DNA of 61,042 bases, the filler included, from Candidatus Lindowbacteria bacterium RIFCSPLOWO2_12_FULL_62_27 (lineage in GTDB: Bacteria; Lindowbacteria; 2-12-FULL-62-27), in NCBI GenBank assembly GCA_001784175.1. It is 2 parts of 2 records of this genome, joined end to end, with 100 filler letters (N's around TTAATTAATTAA, not from the genome) between each part and the next. Parts side by side here need not be neighbours in the genome. Positions count along the whole stretch, not along the records: positions 1 to 31,919 come from MFPR01000016.1; 1 more part is not named here. The stretch is one strand, 5' to 3'. Below the pieces are notes generated by a model. It was not told where the DNA came from. It saw only the letters and a list, made by a program, of their open reading frames with translations, and did not search any database. Below are positions 11,032 through 21,443 of this stretch, piece by piece (positions within the stretch are counted from its first letter, which is position 1; each line of letters starts with the position of its first letter). Position numbers and translations under genes: made by a program.

Positions 11032-11067
11032 AATCTTTAAGGTTCCAAATTGGAACTTTAAGAGATT
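11032..11067. promoter_or_regulatory. Imperfect inverted repeat upstream of the UvrD/TPR gene (possible operator or hairpin)
   Basis: AATCTTTAAGGTTCCAA-A-TTGGAACTTTAAGAGATT, with perfect core GTTCCAA/TTGGAAC, in an AT-rich intergenic patch. Confidence 0.35.
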
Positions 11068-11158
11068 GCGGCGATCATCGAGGTGATCCGGCAACTCATG
11101 CGGCCGCCGGAGAAACTCAAAAGGAAGATCGGATATTAAGCGCGGAGGGTGAAACACG

Positions 11159-14100
11159 ATGGCCATCTATGTTTATGTGACGGACCGATGCAAGCGTGAG
11201 GCAGAAGAGAGCGGCATGTCGGAGGCATTAACCCGATTTGCCGATCGGATTCAAAAATCTCAACAACTGAATGCCTTTGATCCATTCCCCGCCGGATTCT
11301 ATGTCAAAAAGAAATTCCATGGCCGACAGGGACGGCTCGTCGGGAAATCCTTCAAACACGGCGACCATCTCGTTCTCTGTCTGTTCTCCATATTGACCCA
11401 GCACGACACATACAATAATCGATTTGTGGCCGATCCGGAAGGATATGCCCGGCAGTGTCTCTATAACGAGGTCACCAAGGAACAGATGGAGTTATTTGCC
11501 GACGAGAAGGCAAAACTGGCGATTCCCGCAAGAACTGCAATGCAGGATTCGGAGTACGAGTACCTGTATTCCTCTCCGGGCGCTGCGACTCAGAGCGACG
11601 ATGATTTTTCGGTCTTTGAAACCGCGGAGTGGACACGGGTTGTCGGGCGTCCTGAGATCAAGGAGCGTTTGTTTGTGATCGGGGAGAAGATGCATGAACT
11701 GCAGACGGAAGGCGGTGCGCCGGCGATGCGAAGCCATGACTGCGGACGGGGACTGATCGTCGATTATGCGGTTTTCCCGGATATCCGAATGCTGGTCCTG
11801 CTTCGGCTCCGTCATCCCGGCGGCGCCCCAGCGGAAATTCCCGATTTCTGGACGACGGCGGTCACACGCGGCTCCGTGGACAAGGCGGAATTACTTCGTC
11901 GGTGCCGGCGTTCCTATCCCCACCTCGTGTTGTTCGATGACGATCTCTGGCGGCAAATTCAGAAAGAGACGGAGGGCAATCTGGCGTTGTCCCCGGAGGA
12001 GGCGGACATTCTGGCCATGGCCCGGTCGATGGGCGCCTTTCCGCTGTTTATCAATGGCCGGGCGGGCAGCGGCAAGTCCACGATCCTTCAATACCTTTTC
12101 GCCGATCACATCCACGCGCATCTGTCCCGTCAATGGGTGGGACTGGCGCCGCCATTCTATTTCACGTGCAGTGAAGGACTGCTTTTGAGGGCGCGGTCGA
12201 CGGTCGAAAGCATCTTGAAATGCCGCGTGGACGATCCGGCCGCCGGAGGCGATAGGAAGCTGTCCGAACGCGCGGCGGGATTATTGGCCGGCGCGTTCAA
12301 GGAATTTCACAAATATCTGTACAGCCTGTTGACGGAGGCTGAACAACGCGACAAGTTCCCATGGCCGATGCGCATTGGACTTTCCCGGTACAAGCAAATG
12401 TGGCACAAGCGGTTTGGGCGGGAGCCGCGGGCGATCGAGGAATACGGTCCGGATCTTTCATGGCACATCATCCGGACCTACATCAAGGGATTGTGTCCAG
12501 ACGACCTGACAAACGCCGACGAATATGAATTGATCGACCGAAGACAGAGGACTGTGACGAAAGAGGCGTACCGGACTGTCCACGAGAAAGTGTGGCAGAG
12601 GTGGTATGAGGATATCTGCACGAGCGGGCGGTTCTGGGATGATCAGGACCTCGTCAGATATCTCATCGAGAATGACCGGATCCGCCCGGTCGCGTCCGGA
12701 ATTTTCTGTGACGAAGTCCAGGATTTCTCGAGACTTGAGCTTGAAGTTCTTCTGCGGCTTTCAGTCTACAGCGACCGGGAACTGGATCCGCGGGATATCG
12801 ACAAGGTGCCGTTCGTTTTTGCGGGCGACCAGTTCCAAACGCTGAATCCGACGGGGTTTCGGTGGCAGTCCATCAAGGCGACATTTGTGGAGAAGTTCGT
12901 CCACGCTCTGGACCCGTCCGAAAAGTCCGGCAAGACCGACTTGAAATACAAGGAATTGACGTACAACTACCGTTCGTGCGGCAACATCGTCCGTTTGTCC
13001 AATTACGCGCAGTTGATTCGATGCCGTTTGTTTCATATTAGCGACAAGGAAATCCAGCCGCAGGTTCCATGGGCGCCGGACAGCGGCATGCCGGCGATTT
13101 GGTACAAGGCGACGGACTCTCAGTTCTGGGAGAACGTGACGAAGGAAGAGGATGTCGTGATCATCGTTCCCTGCGAGGAGGGAGAGGAGGCGCAGTACGT
13201 CGGGAGTCAGGCGAGTCTCAAGCATTATGTCAAGGTCGAGGAGGGCGTTCCACGGAACGTGTTCAGTGCGGCGCGGGCCAAGGGGCTCGAGTTTGGGCGC
13301 GTCATTGTTTACGGATTCGGCGAGGCCGCTCCGGCGGCGCTGATGGATCCGCTGACGAACGGCACGGAGCACACCTCCGATCTCGACCGAGCTTTGCCGA
13401 TGGAGTATTTCTTCAACCGTCTTTACGTGGCGGTGAGCCGGGCCAAGCGCCGGCTGTTCGTCGTGGACACGAACGACGGCTTTCAACAATTATGGAAGCA
13501 CTTTGGGGATGACGCGTCGGCCCGGCGGATCCTGGAATGGATGCCTGCCGACGCTCCGGCGTGGCGGGATGAGGTCGGGTATCTGACGGAAGGCGTCGAG
13601 TACGATCTGTCCGGCGACCGGAACATTGACAGCCTTGAAAACGCGCGCGTGTTCGAGGAGGCCGGCCGGGAGCGTCGCGATCCCATGTTTCTTAGAAACG
13701 CGGCCCTGTCGTACAAGAGCGCCGGGGACATCAATAAGTATCGCGACTGTATGATCGAGGCACTTCTGATCGAAGATCGATTTGTGGACGCCGGAAACCT
13801 GTACGCCGAAGCCGGCGAGACGATCAAGGCCGTGGACTGTTTCTGGTCCGGCGGCCGGACATGCTGGGACAGGATTTTGCAGGCGGCATCGAAGGATCCG
13901 AAGATCGTTCAGACGCTTGAATACAGGTTTGTCTCCAGCATCAAGCAGAGCGAGCCGGCCGCGAACGTGCTGAAGAATATTCAGGAATTGAAACGGCGGT
14001 TGGACGACGAAAGCACCCGTGATAAATATCTGGGGGATCCGGCGTGGCCGGCCGCATTTAACGAAACCGTCGGGCAGATTCTGAACCGGACGTTAAAGGA

Positions 14101-15466
14101 CGTTCCGTGGGTGTCGATCGCGTCGGCGGTTGACGGCGTGGTGAAGCATGGATTTGGCATCGAGGCCGAGCGGCTCGGGCATCTGTACCGGAAAGCGAGC
14201 CGGTTTGAGGATGCCCTGCGGGTGTGGGAGGAGGCGGGGATCAAGCCCAAGGAGTACTCGGCCGTCGCCGCGTCGGGCAAGAGGTATCCTGACAATTTGA
14301 TTTATCTGTCTGAGCTTGGCCGGCACGACGAGATTCTGAATCAGTATGATTCGAATCGGGATGTGGCGCTCGCAAATGAAATCCGAAAGATTGTCGGAGC
14401 GGCCTACCTGCGCAAGGGCAGATTGCGTGAAGCGATACCCCTGTATGCGGGGTCGGCGGACGCCGAGGGCCTGATGGAGGTCGCGCAGGTCGCGTTCAAC
14501 AAAAGCATGCGCGGTGTTGCGTCTCACGCGGTGGGCATTATTCCCGCCGCGCTGATTCTTGGAGGCCGCTGGGAGCCGATTATCAATTATGTCAATGGTG
14601 GAAATTTTGTCGCGGTGTCCGACCGGGCGGCTCGATTTAGGAAATGGTTCGGCCTTCAGGAACAGATGATCCGGGACCGGTTCGTCAGAGCCTTCGCCCG
14701 TTACGAGGCGTCGGCGGAATTAACGGTGAAACAGTCAAGTCGTCTGTCTGATTTCCTGAAGGAACATTATATTGACAGGATGGCGCGGGTCAGCCCGGAT
14801 GTGGCTCTTGAGATCGGCGTGGCCATCGAGCGCGCCGGACGCGTCATCGATGCGCTTGAATATTACGAGAAAGTCCAGAAGTTGGATATGCCGGATGATG
14901 GCCGGCGGCAGGCGGCCATGAGATGGATCAAATGCAAAGAGCGACAAATTGAGTATGAAGAGAGGCAGGGCCGCAGAAATGTGGTCCTGCGTTATACGCA
15001 GGAGGTGGTAGCCCGCCGCCGCGATATTGGCATGAGGCGCGACGAAGCGATACAGGACCTACCGACGTTAAGTCCGTTGGACGAATTGTTCACAGGCTAT
15101 CTGCGTGCGCCAGTGGAGGAATCGGACCCGGCGTCCAGCAGGCAAGCTGCGGCTGAAACACCTGCGACGGCCGGCAGAACGGACTTGGGCGACAGGACGG
15201 AGTACTGGCTTGGCTCCCTCAAGATTCGCGTCTTCAAGAAAAAACGCAGAATCAATATTGAACATCAGGAGACAGGCGACACGATGTCATATGATCTCGT
15301 CCGCGAGGAAGCGCACTCCGCCGATATGACGGTCCAGAAACGATTGGGAAGTAAATGGTATTGCGAGGAATGGAATTTAACCTTGGATACTGAAAAATAT
15401 GTTGGCGACCGGCGGATCGATTTCATCGTTGGCCCGACGAACGAAAAACTGACGTTGAAGTTGTAA
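11159..15466 (+). CDS. Superfamily 1 (UvrD-like) helicase with possible RelE-like N-terminus and C-terminal TPR-like repeats
   Basis: GRAGSGKS, DEVQD, GDQFQ, NYRS, AKGLEF, LYVAVSRAK; helical repeats in the C-terminal half (AGNLYAEAGETIKAVDCF). Confidence 0.8.
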   Translation: MAIYVYVTDRCKREAEESGMSEALTRFADRIQKSQQLNAFDPFPAGFYVKKKFHGRQGRLVGKSFKHGDHLVLCLFSILTQHDTYNNRFVADPEGYARQCLYNEVTKEQMELFADEKAKLAIPARTAMQDSEYEYLYSSPGAATQSDDDFSVFETAEWTRVVGRPEIKERLFVIGEKMHELQTEGGAPAMRSHDCGRGLIVDYAVFPDIRMLVLLRLRHPGGAPAEIPDFWTTAVTRGSVDKAELLRRCRRSYPHLVLFDDDLWRQIQKETEGNLALSPEEADILAMARSMGAFPLFINGRAGSGKSTILQYLFADHIHAHLSRQWVGLAPPFYFTCSEGLLLRARSTVESILKCRVDDPAAGGDRKLSERAAGLLAGAFKEFHKYLYSLLTEAEQRDKFPWPMRIGLSRYKQMWHKRFGREPRAIEEYGPDLSWHIIRTYIKGLCPDDLTNADEYELIDRRQRTVTKEAYRTVHEKVWQRWYEDICTSGRFWDDQDLVRYLIENDRIRPVASGIFCDEVQDFSRLELEVLLRLSVYSDRELDPRDIDKVPFVFAGDQFQTLNPTGFRWQSIKATFVEKFVHALDPSEKSGKTDLKYKELTYNYRSCGNIVRLSNYAQLIRCRLFHISDKEIQPQVPWAPDSGMPAIWYKATDSQFWENVTKEEDVVIIVPCEEGEEAQYVGSQASLKHYVKVEEGVPRNVFSAARAKGLEFGRVIVYGFGEAAPAALMDPLTNGTEHTSDLDRALPMEYFFNRLYVAVSRAKRRLFVVDTNDGFQQLWKHFGDDASARRILEWMPADAPAWRDEVGYLTEGVEYDLSGDRNIDSLENARVFEEAGRERRDPMFLRNAALSYKSAGDINKYRDCMIEALLIEDRFVDAGNLYAEAGETIKAVDCFWSGGRTCWDRILQAASKDPKIVQTLEYRFVSSIKQSEPAANVLKNIQELKRRLDDESTRDKYLGDPAWPAAFNETVGQILNRTLKDVPWVSIASAVDGVVKHGFGIEAERLGHLYRKASRFEDALRVWEEAGIKPKEYSAVAASGKRYPDNLIYLSELGRHDEILNQYDSNRDVALANEIRKIVGAAYLRKGRLREAIPLYAGSADAEGLMEVAQVAFNKSMRGVASHAVGIIPAALILGGRWEPIINYVNGGNFVAVSDRAARFRKWFGLQEQMIRDRFVRAFARYEASAELTVKQSSRLSDFLKEHYIDRMARVSPDVALEIGVAIERAGRVIDALEYYEKVQKLDMPDDGRRQAAMRWIKCKERQIEYEERQGRRNVVLRYTQEVVARRRDIGMRRDEAIQDLPTLSPLDELFTGYLRAPVEESDPASSRQAAAETPATAGRTDLGDRTEYWLGSLKIRVFKKKRRINIEHQETGDTMSYDLVREEAHSADMTVQKRLGSKWYCEEWNLTLDTEKYVGDRRIDFIVGPTNEKLTLKL

Positions 15467-15482
15467 GCCACATCGAGCGCCG

Positions 15483-18400
15483 ATGGCCCTAAACCCCCTC
15501 GCCTACACCGAGAAGGTCGTTCGCTCATTCCTCCGCTATCAACTCACGGCCTATCCGTTCGCGGATGAGCGGCTCAACCGGCAGATGCGGCGGCTGTTGT
15601 CGCTTGACACTGTCCGGCAGACGCCGCTCTTGAAAGGCCCCTATGTGAGCCTCTCGCGGGCGTTTCGGCCGGGCGCGGCGGTGGAACAACTGGTGTCGGA
15701 AGGCGTTCTGCATCCGCACATGCGGCAGATCATCCCGTTTCCGGCCGTGTTCGGCCATCAGGAGCAGGCCATCCGGGCCGTCTGTTCCGGCAAGACCACG
15801 CTGATTTCGACCGGCACGGGATCCGGCAAAAGCGAATGTTTTCTGTATCCCATCATCAGCCGGTGTCTCGAACTGCGGGATCAAAACGCGCCCTCCGGCG
15901 TCTCCGCCGTCATTGTCTATCCCATGAACGCGCTGGCCGAGGATCAGCTCGGCCGACTGCGCGATCTTCTGGCCGGAACCGGCATCCCGTTCGGGATGTA
16001 CATCGGCAAGACGCCGGACTACGAGTCGGAAGTGCGCGGACGGCGGCTCAACGCTGGATCGTCCCGCGCGGACTATCAGGCGGCGCTCAAGCAGTCCCGC
16101 GCGCGCGGCGAGGGCGCGGCGATCCATCCGGTGGAGGAGGTCTGCAGCCGCGAGAAGATGCGGGCGGCGGGCGGACAGCCCCGGATTCTGCTGACGAACG
16201 TCAAACAGCTCGAGCTTCTTTTGACCCGGCAGAGCGATGTGGAGCTGTTCGACCGCGCCCGGTTGGATTATCTGGTGTTTGACGAAGCCCACACGTTTAC
16301 CGGCGCCCAGGGAGCGGAGGCGGCGTGCTTGATCCGCCGTCTTCGAAGTTTTTGCGGGCGCAATCCAGAAGAGTCGGTTGCGGTCGCGACATCCGCCACG
16401 ATCGTGGACGCGGGGAATCCGGATGCCGCCCGGGACTTTGCGAGCCGTTTTTTCGGCGTCGCCAGAGAGGCCGTCGAAACCGTTCAGGAAATCTACGCCG
16501 ATGAGATGTGGGCCGCGCACCGGACGGTTCCGCCGGCGCCCGATCATCCGTCCGAACGATTGGCGGAAGTTTTGGCGGCAGTAGACGCGCCAGACCCGGA
16601 ACCGGCCGTCCGGCAGTCTTGGCGGAATTTGACGGGCACGGAATTGCCCGCCGGCGACTGGCAGGCGGTTTTGTATCAGGCGCTGGCCGGTAACGAACTT
16701 GTCTATCAAGTTTCAAAACTGCTTGAATTGCCCCGCGCGCTTGGCGACCTGTTGGGCGAACTCGAGGGCAAGATCGGCCGGGTGGTGACGGAGGAGGAAC
16801 TGATCGCGTGGCTGACCCTGGGCGCCGCGTCCCGTATGGACAATCGGCCGCTGGTTCGGCCGGTCTCGCACGGATATCTTCGCGGCGTTCCCGGAGCGGT
16901 GGTGACGTTCGATGAGAATCAAACGGATCCAGTTCTGCATTTGTCGGCTGAGGACGACCCCGGCGGCGGAGTTCCCAAATTGCGTCTGCGCGTGAGCACC
17001 TGCACCACCTGCGGCCAGCATTATTTCGAGCACGCGCTGGCCGATTTTGACTACACCGGCGACATACCCGGCGGCGGTCGCGCGGCCGGGGGAGCTGTTT
17101 ATTGGGAGCCGCTGGATGAATCGCGCGGCGGCATTCGCATGCTGTTGGTGGACCGGCTGATTTCGGAGGAAGACGGCGACGGGGATGATCATCCGCGGTT
17201 GACGGCTCTGTATTTTTGCCGCAAATGCGGCGCGGCCCATGCGGACGAAACCGAGCATTGCCTCGCCTGCGGCAAGGGCGGCCGCCCCGTCGCTCTCATG
17301 GCCGTGCAACAGCGGGATGGCCATCGCGGACAGCTTCGGACGTGCCTGAGCTGCGGCGCGGCGGGCCGGACGACGGCCGGAAGATTCCGTGAACCGGCCA
17401 GGCCGGTCCGGGCGACTCCCGTCGCGGACGTTCACGTTCTGGCGCAGGACATGGTCCATCACGCCGAGCGCAAGCGTCTGCTGGTTTTCGCGGACAACCG
17501 TCAGGATGCGGCCTTTCAGGCGGGCTGGATGCGCGACCATGCGCGGCGATTCCGCCTGCGCGCCATCATGGCGCAGGCCATCGCCGGCCGGCCGATGTCC
17601 GTTGGCGACCTGGCGCACACGCTGGACCAGATTCTGGAACAGGACGACGCGCTGTCCATGGCGCTTCTGCCCGAAGTGTGGGCCGTCGCGCCGAAGGAGA
17701 CCGGCGGGGCGGTTCATCGGGAGGAGCGAAAATATTTGCTTCGGATATTGATTCTTCTCGAGATCACCATGGGCGCGCGTCAGCAGGTGGGGCTTGAGCC
17801 GTGGGGGCGTCTTTCCGTTCGATATCTGGGATTGGACGCGGGCGCGGAATTTATTCAAACGTGGTCGAAACGGCTGGGATTTACTCCCGATGTTCTGTCC
17901 GAAGGCACGACCGCGCTGTTGGACGTCATCCGCCGGAAAAAAAATCTTCTGGACCGGACCGGCGACATCTTTTCGAAAATCTGGGGCGACGGCGATCGAG
18001 AATTGCAGAACGGGTATATGCCGGAACTTTCCGGCATTCCCAAAGGCCTGAAGCTAACCCGACAGGGACAGGACGACGACCGCTGGATCGACCAGTGGGT
18101 GTCCTCGTCCGGCCGGCAGACCCTGGCGAGCGAGATCGCGAAAAAATGGGGAGTGGCACCGGACCAGATCCAGACGTTCCTGACCGGGCTGTGGGATTAT
18201 CTGACGTCCGAGCCGGTCGGTCTTCTTGCGCCGGTCACGCTCAAAGGCCAGCGGGGAAATGCGCTGCCCCGCTGTCACGGCGCCCGGCAGATCGACGCGG
18301 ACAAACTGCTCCTGGCCGCCCACCGGGGCGTCTACCGGTGCCGCGCGTGCCGCCGCCGGACCGTGTCGCGGCCGCCGCTCGATCGCTGTCTGGCGTGGCG

Positions 18401-21400
18401 ATGCGACGGGCAATTGGAATTTGTTCAGGAAGATCCCGAGAATTACGACCTTCAGCTCATCGACCAGCAATACGCGATGCTTCGGCCCCGCGAACACACC
18501 GCCATGGTGCCGCAGGACGAGCGGGAGCATATTGAGCACATCTTCAAGGGCGAAAACGACGTGATCAACACGCTGGTCTGTACGCAGACGCTCGAGCTTG
18601 GCGTGGACATCGGCTCGCTCGATGCGGTGTTGATGAGAAACATGCCGCCCCGGCCGGCCAATTACTGGCAGCGCGCAGGCCGGGCTGGCCGCCGGCATCG
18701 GATGGCCGTGAATCTCGCCTACTGCCGGCCGGTCAGCCACGACCGGGCGTATTTTGCCGAGCCGGTGAAAATGCTCGGCGGACGCATCGATCCGCCCGCA
18801 TTTAATCTGTCCAACGATCTGATGATCGCCAAACATGTCCATGCGTCGATTTTGACCCGATTGCATCAGATGTCGCGCGAGGGGTTTGGACTTTCAGCGC
18901 CGGACCGGGAAGAGATCTTGGAGGCGCTGAAGACCGCGTTTCCGACGAGAATCTGCGATTACCTGTTTGACGAGCGTGGAGACGTGCGGCCGCGGCCGCG
19001 GGATGTTACCGCTCTGCACACGGTCATCACCAAACATCAGCAGGCCATCGAGCAGGCGGTGACCGCGGCGTTCCGGCAGGGCTGGCCGGCGGAGGATATG
19101 ACCGCCGTGTCACAGACCAAACTGGCCGGGCATGTGCTGAACATGACGGCCGAGTTGGAAGCCGTCGTCCAACGCCTCCATCGTCGGCTCCGATGGGCCA
19201 TGGATCAGATGGAAAAAATCGAGACGCTTAGGCGGCGGGTTGGCGTGCCGGACGAGGAACAGCAGGCATTTTATGACCGATGCCGCCGCCTGGTTAAAAA
19301 GCTGAAAGGCCGGGCGCCGCGCCGTCGGGCGCAGTCGGAAGGCGTGGACGACATCCTGACGTACGGTGTTCTGGCGGCGGAAGGATTTCTTCCCGGATAC
19401 GGGCTTGAAACGGGGTCCATCGTCGGGATGGCGGAGGTTCCGAAGTCGATTCGCGGCGCTCGGGATTTCGACCTGCCGCGACCGCCAACCATCGCCGTTC
19501 GGGAATATGTTCCGGGCAACCTGATCTACGCCAACGGTCAACGATTCGTGCCGAGGCGGTTCACGCGCGAGGTGGAGGAGGGGCAGGATCAGTCCATCGT
19601 GTTTGAAGTGAATCCGGCCCGGCAGGCCGTGCGGCAAACGACAACGGCTGCGACGGGGGATCCGTCGGCCGCGGTGATCCGAAGCATCCCGATTTCGGAC
19701 GCGACGCTTGTCCACGTGTCCCGGATTTCAGATGAGGAAGAGAACCGGTTCCAGATGGCCGTGACCCTGTTTATTCGAGAGCTCGATCAGCACAGCGGAG
19801 GCATGGCCTACCGGTGGGGTGAGAAGGAGATTCAGCTCCGGAAGGGCGTGCGGATGCAGATGGTCAATGTCGGCTCGGCGTCTCTCATCCGATCCCGGAA
19901 CCGGTATGGCTATCCGGTCTGTCTCGGATGCGGCCAGAGCGTGTCGCCGCTCTCCTCGGACGCCCAGATCGACGACTTCAGGCGAAAACATGAGGAGTGG
20001 TGCGGCATGCGGCCGGAGTCGATCGGATTTCACTGTGAAATGGCGGTGGACGCGCTGACGATTTCGGATTGTCAGGACTGGGAGGAGGCCTATTCCGTGG
20101 CCGAAGCCATCCGATTCGCCGCGGTGGAACTTCTGGACATGCACATCGAGGATCTTCAGGTGACGGTGATGGGCAAATACGATTCGGACCGGCCCAACGC
20201 CGTTTTGTACGACCCCATGCCGGGCGGGTCCGGACTCTTGGAGCAGATCTGCGCGCGGTTCGGCGAGATCGCGGCGGTAGCCCGGCGATTGGCCGAAACC
20301 TGTCCCTCCGTCTGTGATACGAGCTGTATCGATTGCTTTCAGACTTATAGAAACGCGTTTTATCACCGGTTTCTAAACCGTCATGCAATGTCGGACAGAT
20401 TCACGCGGTGGGGAGACAGCCTGTCGGACACGCGGCCGATTCCGCAGAGGCTTCCGGCGCAGGAACCGGCGGGGGCGGAACAGCCGGTCAACGAGGGCGA
20501 GCGAAAACTGCGGCGGATGCTGGCGGCGGCGAATTTTTCGGAGGGCCGGTGGCAAGAGAGCGTCTCTCTGCCAAGGCCGCTGAACTCGACCACGCCCGAC
20601 GTGACGTTCGCGCATCCGGACGAAGAGGACCGGAAAATATTCATCTACCTGGACGGACTGTCCGGCCATCTGCATGGCAATCCCGAGACGCGAGCGCGGG
20701 ACATCCAGATTCGCGCGGAACTGCGTGCGCAGGGGCATGACGTCCTCGAAATCACGCGGGTGGATTTAGATGACCGCGAGGCGATGACGCGGCATTTGAA
20801 GCGTTTGGCGCGGCTCTTGATCGGCCGGGATGCGGTGGATCGCGTGGCGGGCGAGGCGGATCAGTGGTTCGCGGCGCGGCAGGACCAGCCCGCCACTGCG
20901 CCGGTGGTTGTCCCGCCGCCGCCGGTTGATCTGTTGCCGTTCTACCGGGTTGACCCTCAGCCGCGGGACAGATGGACGACGGCTGTGCCGTTCATTGAAC
21001 TGGAAGTCGCGGCCGGGTGGTTTAGTGACGATCAGGTGGTCGATCACAAGCTGGAGGAGGCCGAACAGTGGGTGGCCCCTCACACGGATCGAAAGATCGC
21101 GGAGGGAATGTTCGTCGCGCGGGTCAAAGGCAAGTCCATGGAACCGCTGATCCCAGACGGCTCGTTTTGCCTGTTTCAGACGCACAAGGGCGGCGGCCGG
21201 GATGGCCGCATTGTCTTCGTCCAGCACCGAGACATCCACGACGCGGAATGGGGCGGAAATTACACGTTGAAACGCTATGCGAAAAGCATCAAGGAGACAT
21301 TCGACGACGAGACATGGCGGCACAAGGAAATCCATCTGGCGCCGATCAATCCGGATTACGAGACTATCATCCTCCGCGACGTGCGGGACGAGCATTTTGC

Positions 21401-21443
21401 GACGATCGCGGATTGGGTGGAAGTCTTGAGGCGGAGAGTGTGA
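15483..21443 (+). CDS. DEAD/DEAH helicase fused to DUF1998, a Vsr/DUF559-like nuclease and an S24 peptidase domain (DrmA+DrmB-like fusion)
   Basis: TGTGSGKS, YPMNALAEDQ, DEAH, TQTLELGVDIG, QRAGRAGR; YDPMPGGSG...C..CDTSCIDC (DUF1998); TTPD..IYLDG...HG...RD; VAAG, GKSMEP, TLKRY. Confidence 0.85.
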   Translation: MALNPLAYTEKVVRSFLRYQLTAYPFADERLNRQMRRLLSLDTVRQTPLLKGPYVSLSRAFRPGAAVEQLVSEGVLHPHMRQIIPFPAVFGHQEQAIRAVCSGKTTLISTGTGSGKSECFLYPIISRCLELRDQNAPSGVSAVIVYPMNALAEDQLGRLRDLLAGTGIPFGMYIGKTPDYESEVRGRRLNAGSSRADYQAALKQSRARGEGAAIHPVEEVCSREKMRAAGGQPRILLTNVKQLELLLTRQSDVELFDRARLDYLVFDEAHTFTGAQGAEAACLIRRLRSFCGRNPEESVAVATSATIVDAGNPDAARDFASRFFGVAREAVETVQEIYADEMWAAHRTVPPAPDHPSERLAEVLAAVDAPDPEPAVRQSWRNLTGTELPAGDWQAVLYQALAGNELVYQVSKLLELPRALGDLLGELEGKIGRVVTEEELIAWLTLGAASRMDNRPLVRPVSHGYLRGVPGAVVTFDENQTDPVLHLSAEDDPGGGVPKLRLRVSTCTTCGQHYFEHALADFDYTGDIPGGGRAAGGAVYWEPLDESRGGIRMLLVDRLISEEDGDGDDHPRLTALYFCRKCGAAHADETEHCLACGKGGRPVALMAVQQRDGHRGQLRTCLSCGAAGRTTAGRFREPARPVRATPVADVHVLAQDMVHHAERKRLLVFADNRQDAAFQAGWMRDHARRFRLRAIMAQAIAGRPMSVGDLAHTLDQILEQDDALSMALLPEVWAVAPKETGGAVHREERKYLLRILILLEITMGARQQVGLEPWGRLSVRYLGLDAGAEFIQTWSKRLGFTPDVLSEGTTALLDVIRRKKNLLDRTGDIFSKIWGDGDRELQNGYMPELSGIPKGLKLTRQGQDDDRWIDQWVSSSGRQTLASEIAKKWGVAPDQIQTFLTGLWDYLTSEPVGLLAPVTLKGQRGNALPRCHGARQIDADKLLLAAHRGVYRCRACRRRTVSRPPLDRCLAWRCDGQLEFVQEDPENYDLQLIDQQYAMLRPREHTAMVPQDEREHIEHIFKGENDVINTLVCTQTLELGVDIGSLDAVLMRNMPPRPANYWQRAGRAGRRHRMAVNLAYCRPVSHDRAYFAEPVKMLGGRIDPPAFNLSNDLMIAKHVHASILTRLHQMSREGFGLSAPDREEILEALKTAFPTRICDYLFDERGDVRPRPRDVTALHTVITKHQQAIEQAVTAAFRQGWPAEDMTAVSQTKLAGHVLNMTAELEAVVQRLHRRLRWAMDQMEKIETLRRRVGVPDEEQQAFYDRCRRLVKKLKGRAPRRRAQSEGVDDILTYGVLAAEGFLPGYGLETGSIVGMAEVPKSIRGARDFDLPRPPTIAVREYVPGNLIYANGQRFVPRRFTREVEEGQDQSIVFEVNPARQAVRQTTTAATGDPSAAVIRSIPISDATLVHVSRISDEEENRFQMAVTLFIRELDQHSGGMAYRWGEKEIQLRKGVRMQMVNVGSASLIRSRNRYGYPVCLGCGQSVSPLSSDAQIDDFRRKHEEWCGMRPESIGFHCEMAVDALTISDCQDWEEAYSVAEAIRFAAVELLDMHIEDLQVTVMGKYDSDRPNAVLYDPMPGGSGLLEQICARFGEIAAVARRLAETCPSVCDTSCIDCFQTYRNAFYHRFLNRHAMSDRFTRWGDSLSDTRPIPQRLPAQEPAGAEQPVNEGERKLRRMLAAANFSEGRWQESVSLPRPLNSTTPDVTFAHPDEEDRKIFIYLDGLSGHLHGNPETRARDIQIRAELRAQGHDVLEITRVDLDDREAMTRHLKRLARLLIGRDAVDRVAGEADQWFAARQDQPATAPVVVPPPPVDLLPFYRVDPQPRDRWTTAVPFIELEVAAGWFSDDQVVDHKLEEAEQWVAPHTDRKIAEGMFVARVKGKSMEPLIPDGSFCLFQTHKGGGRDGRIVFVQHRDIHDAEWGGNYTLKRYAKSIKETFDDETWRHKEIHLAPINPDYETIILRDVRDEHFATIADWVEVLRRRV

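Noticed and set aside
21068-21442. N-terminal extension of the 319-aa track ORF
   Set aside because: Overlaps the S24 domain of the helicase; the real start is more likely ATG 21443
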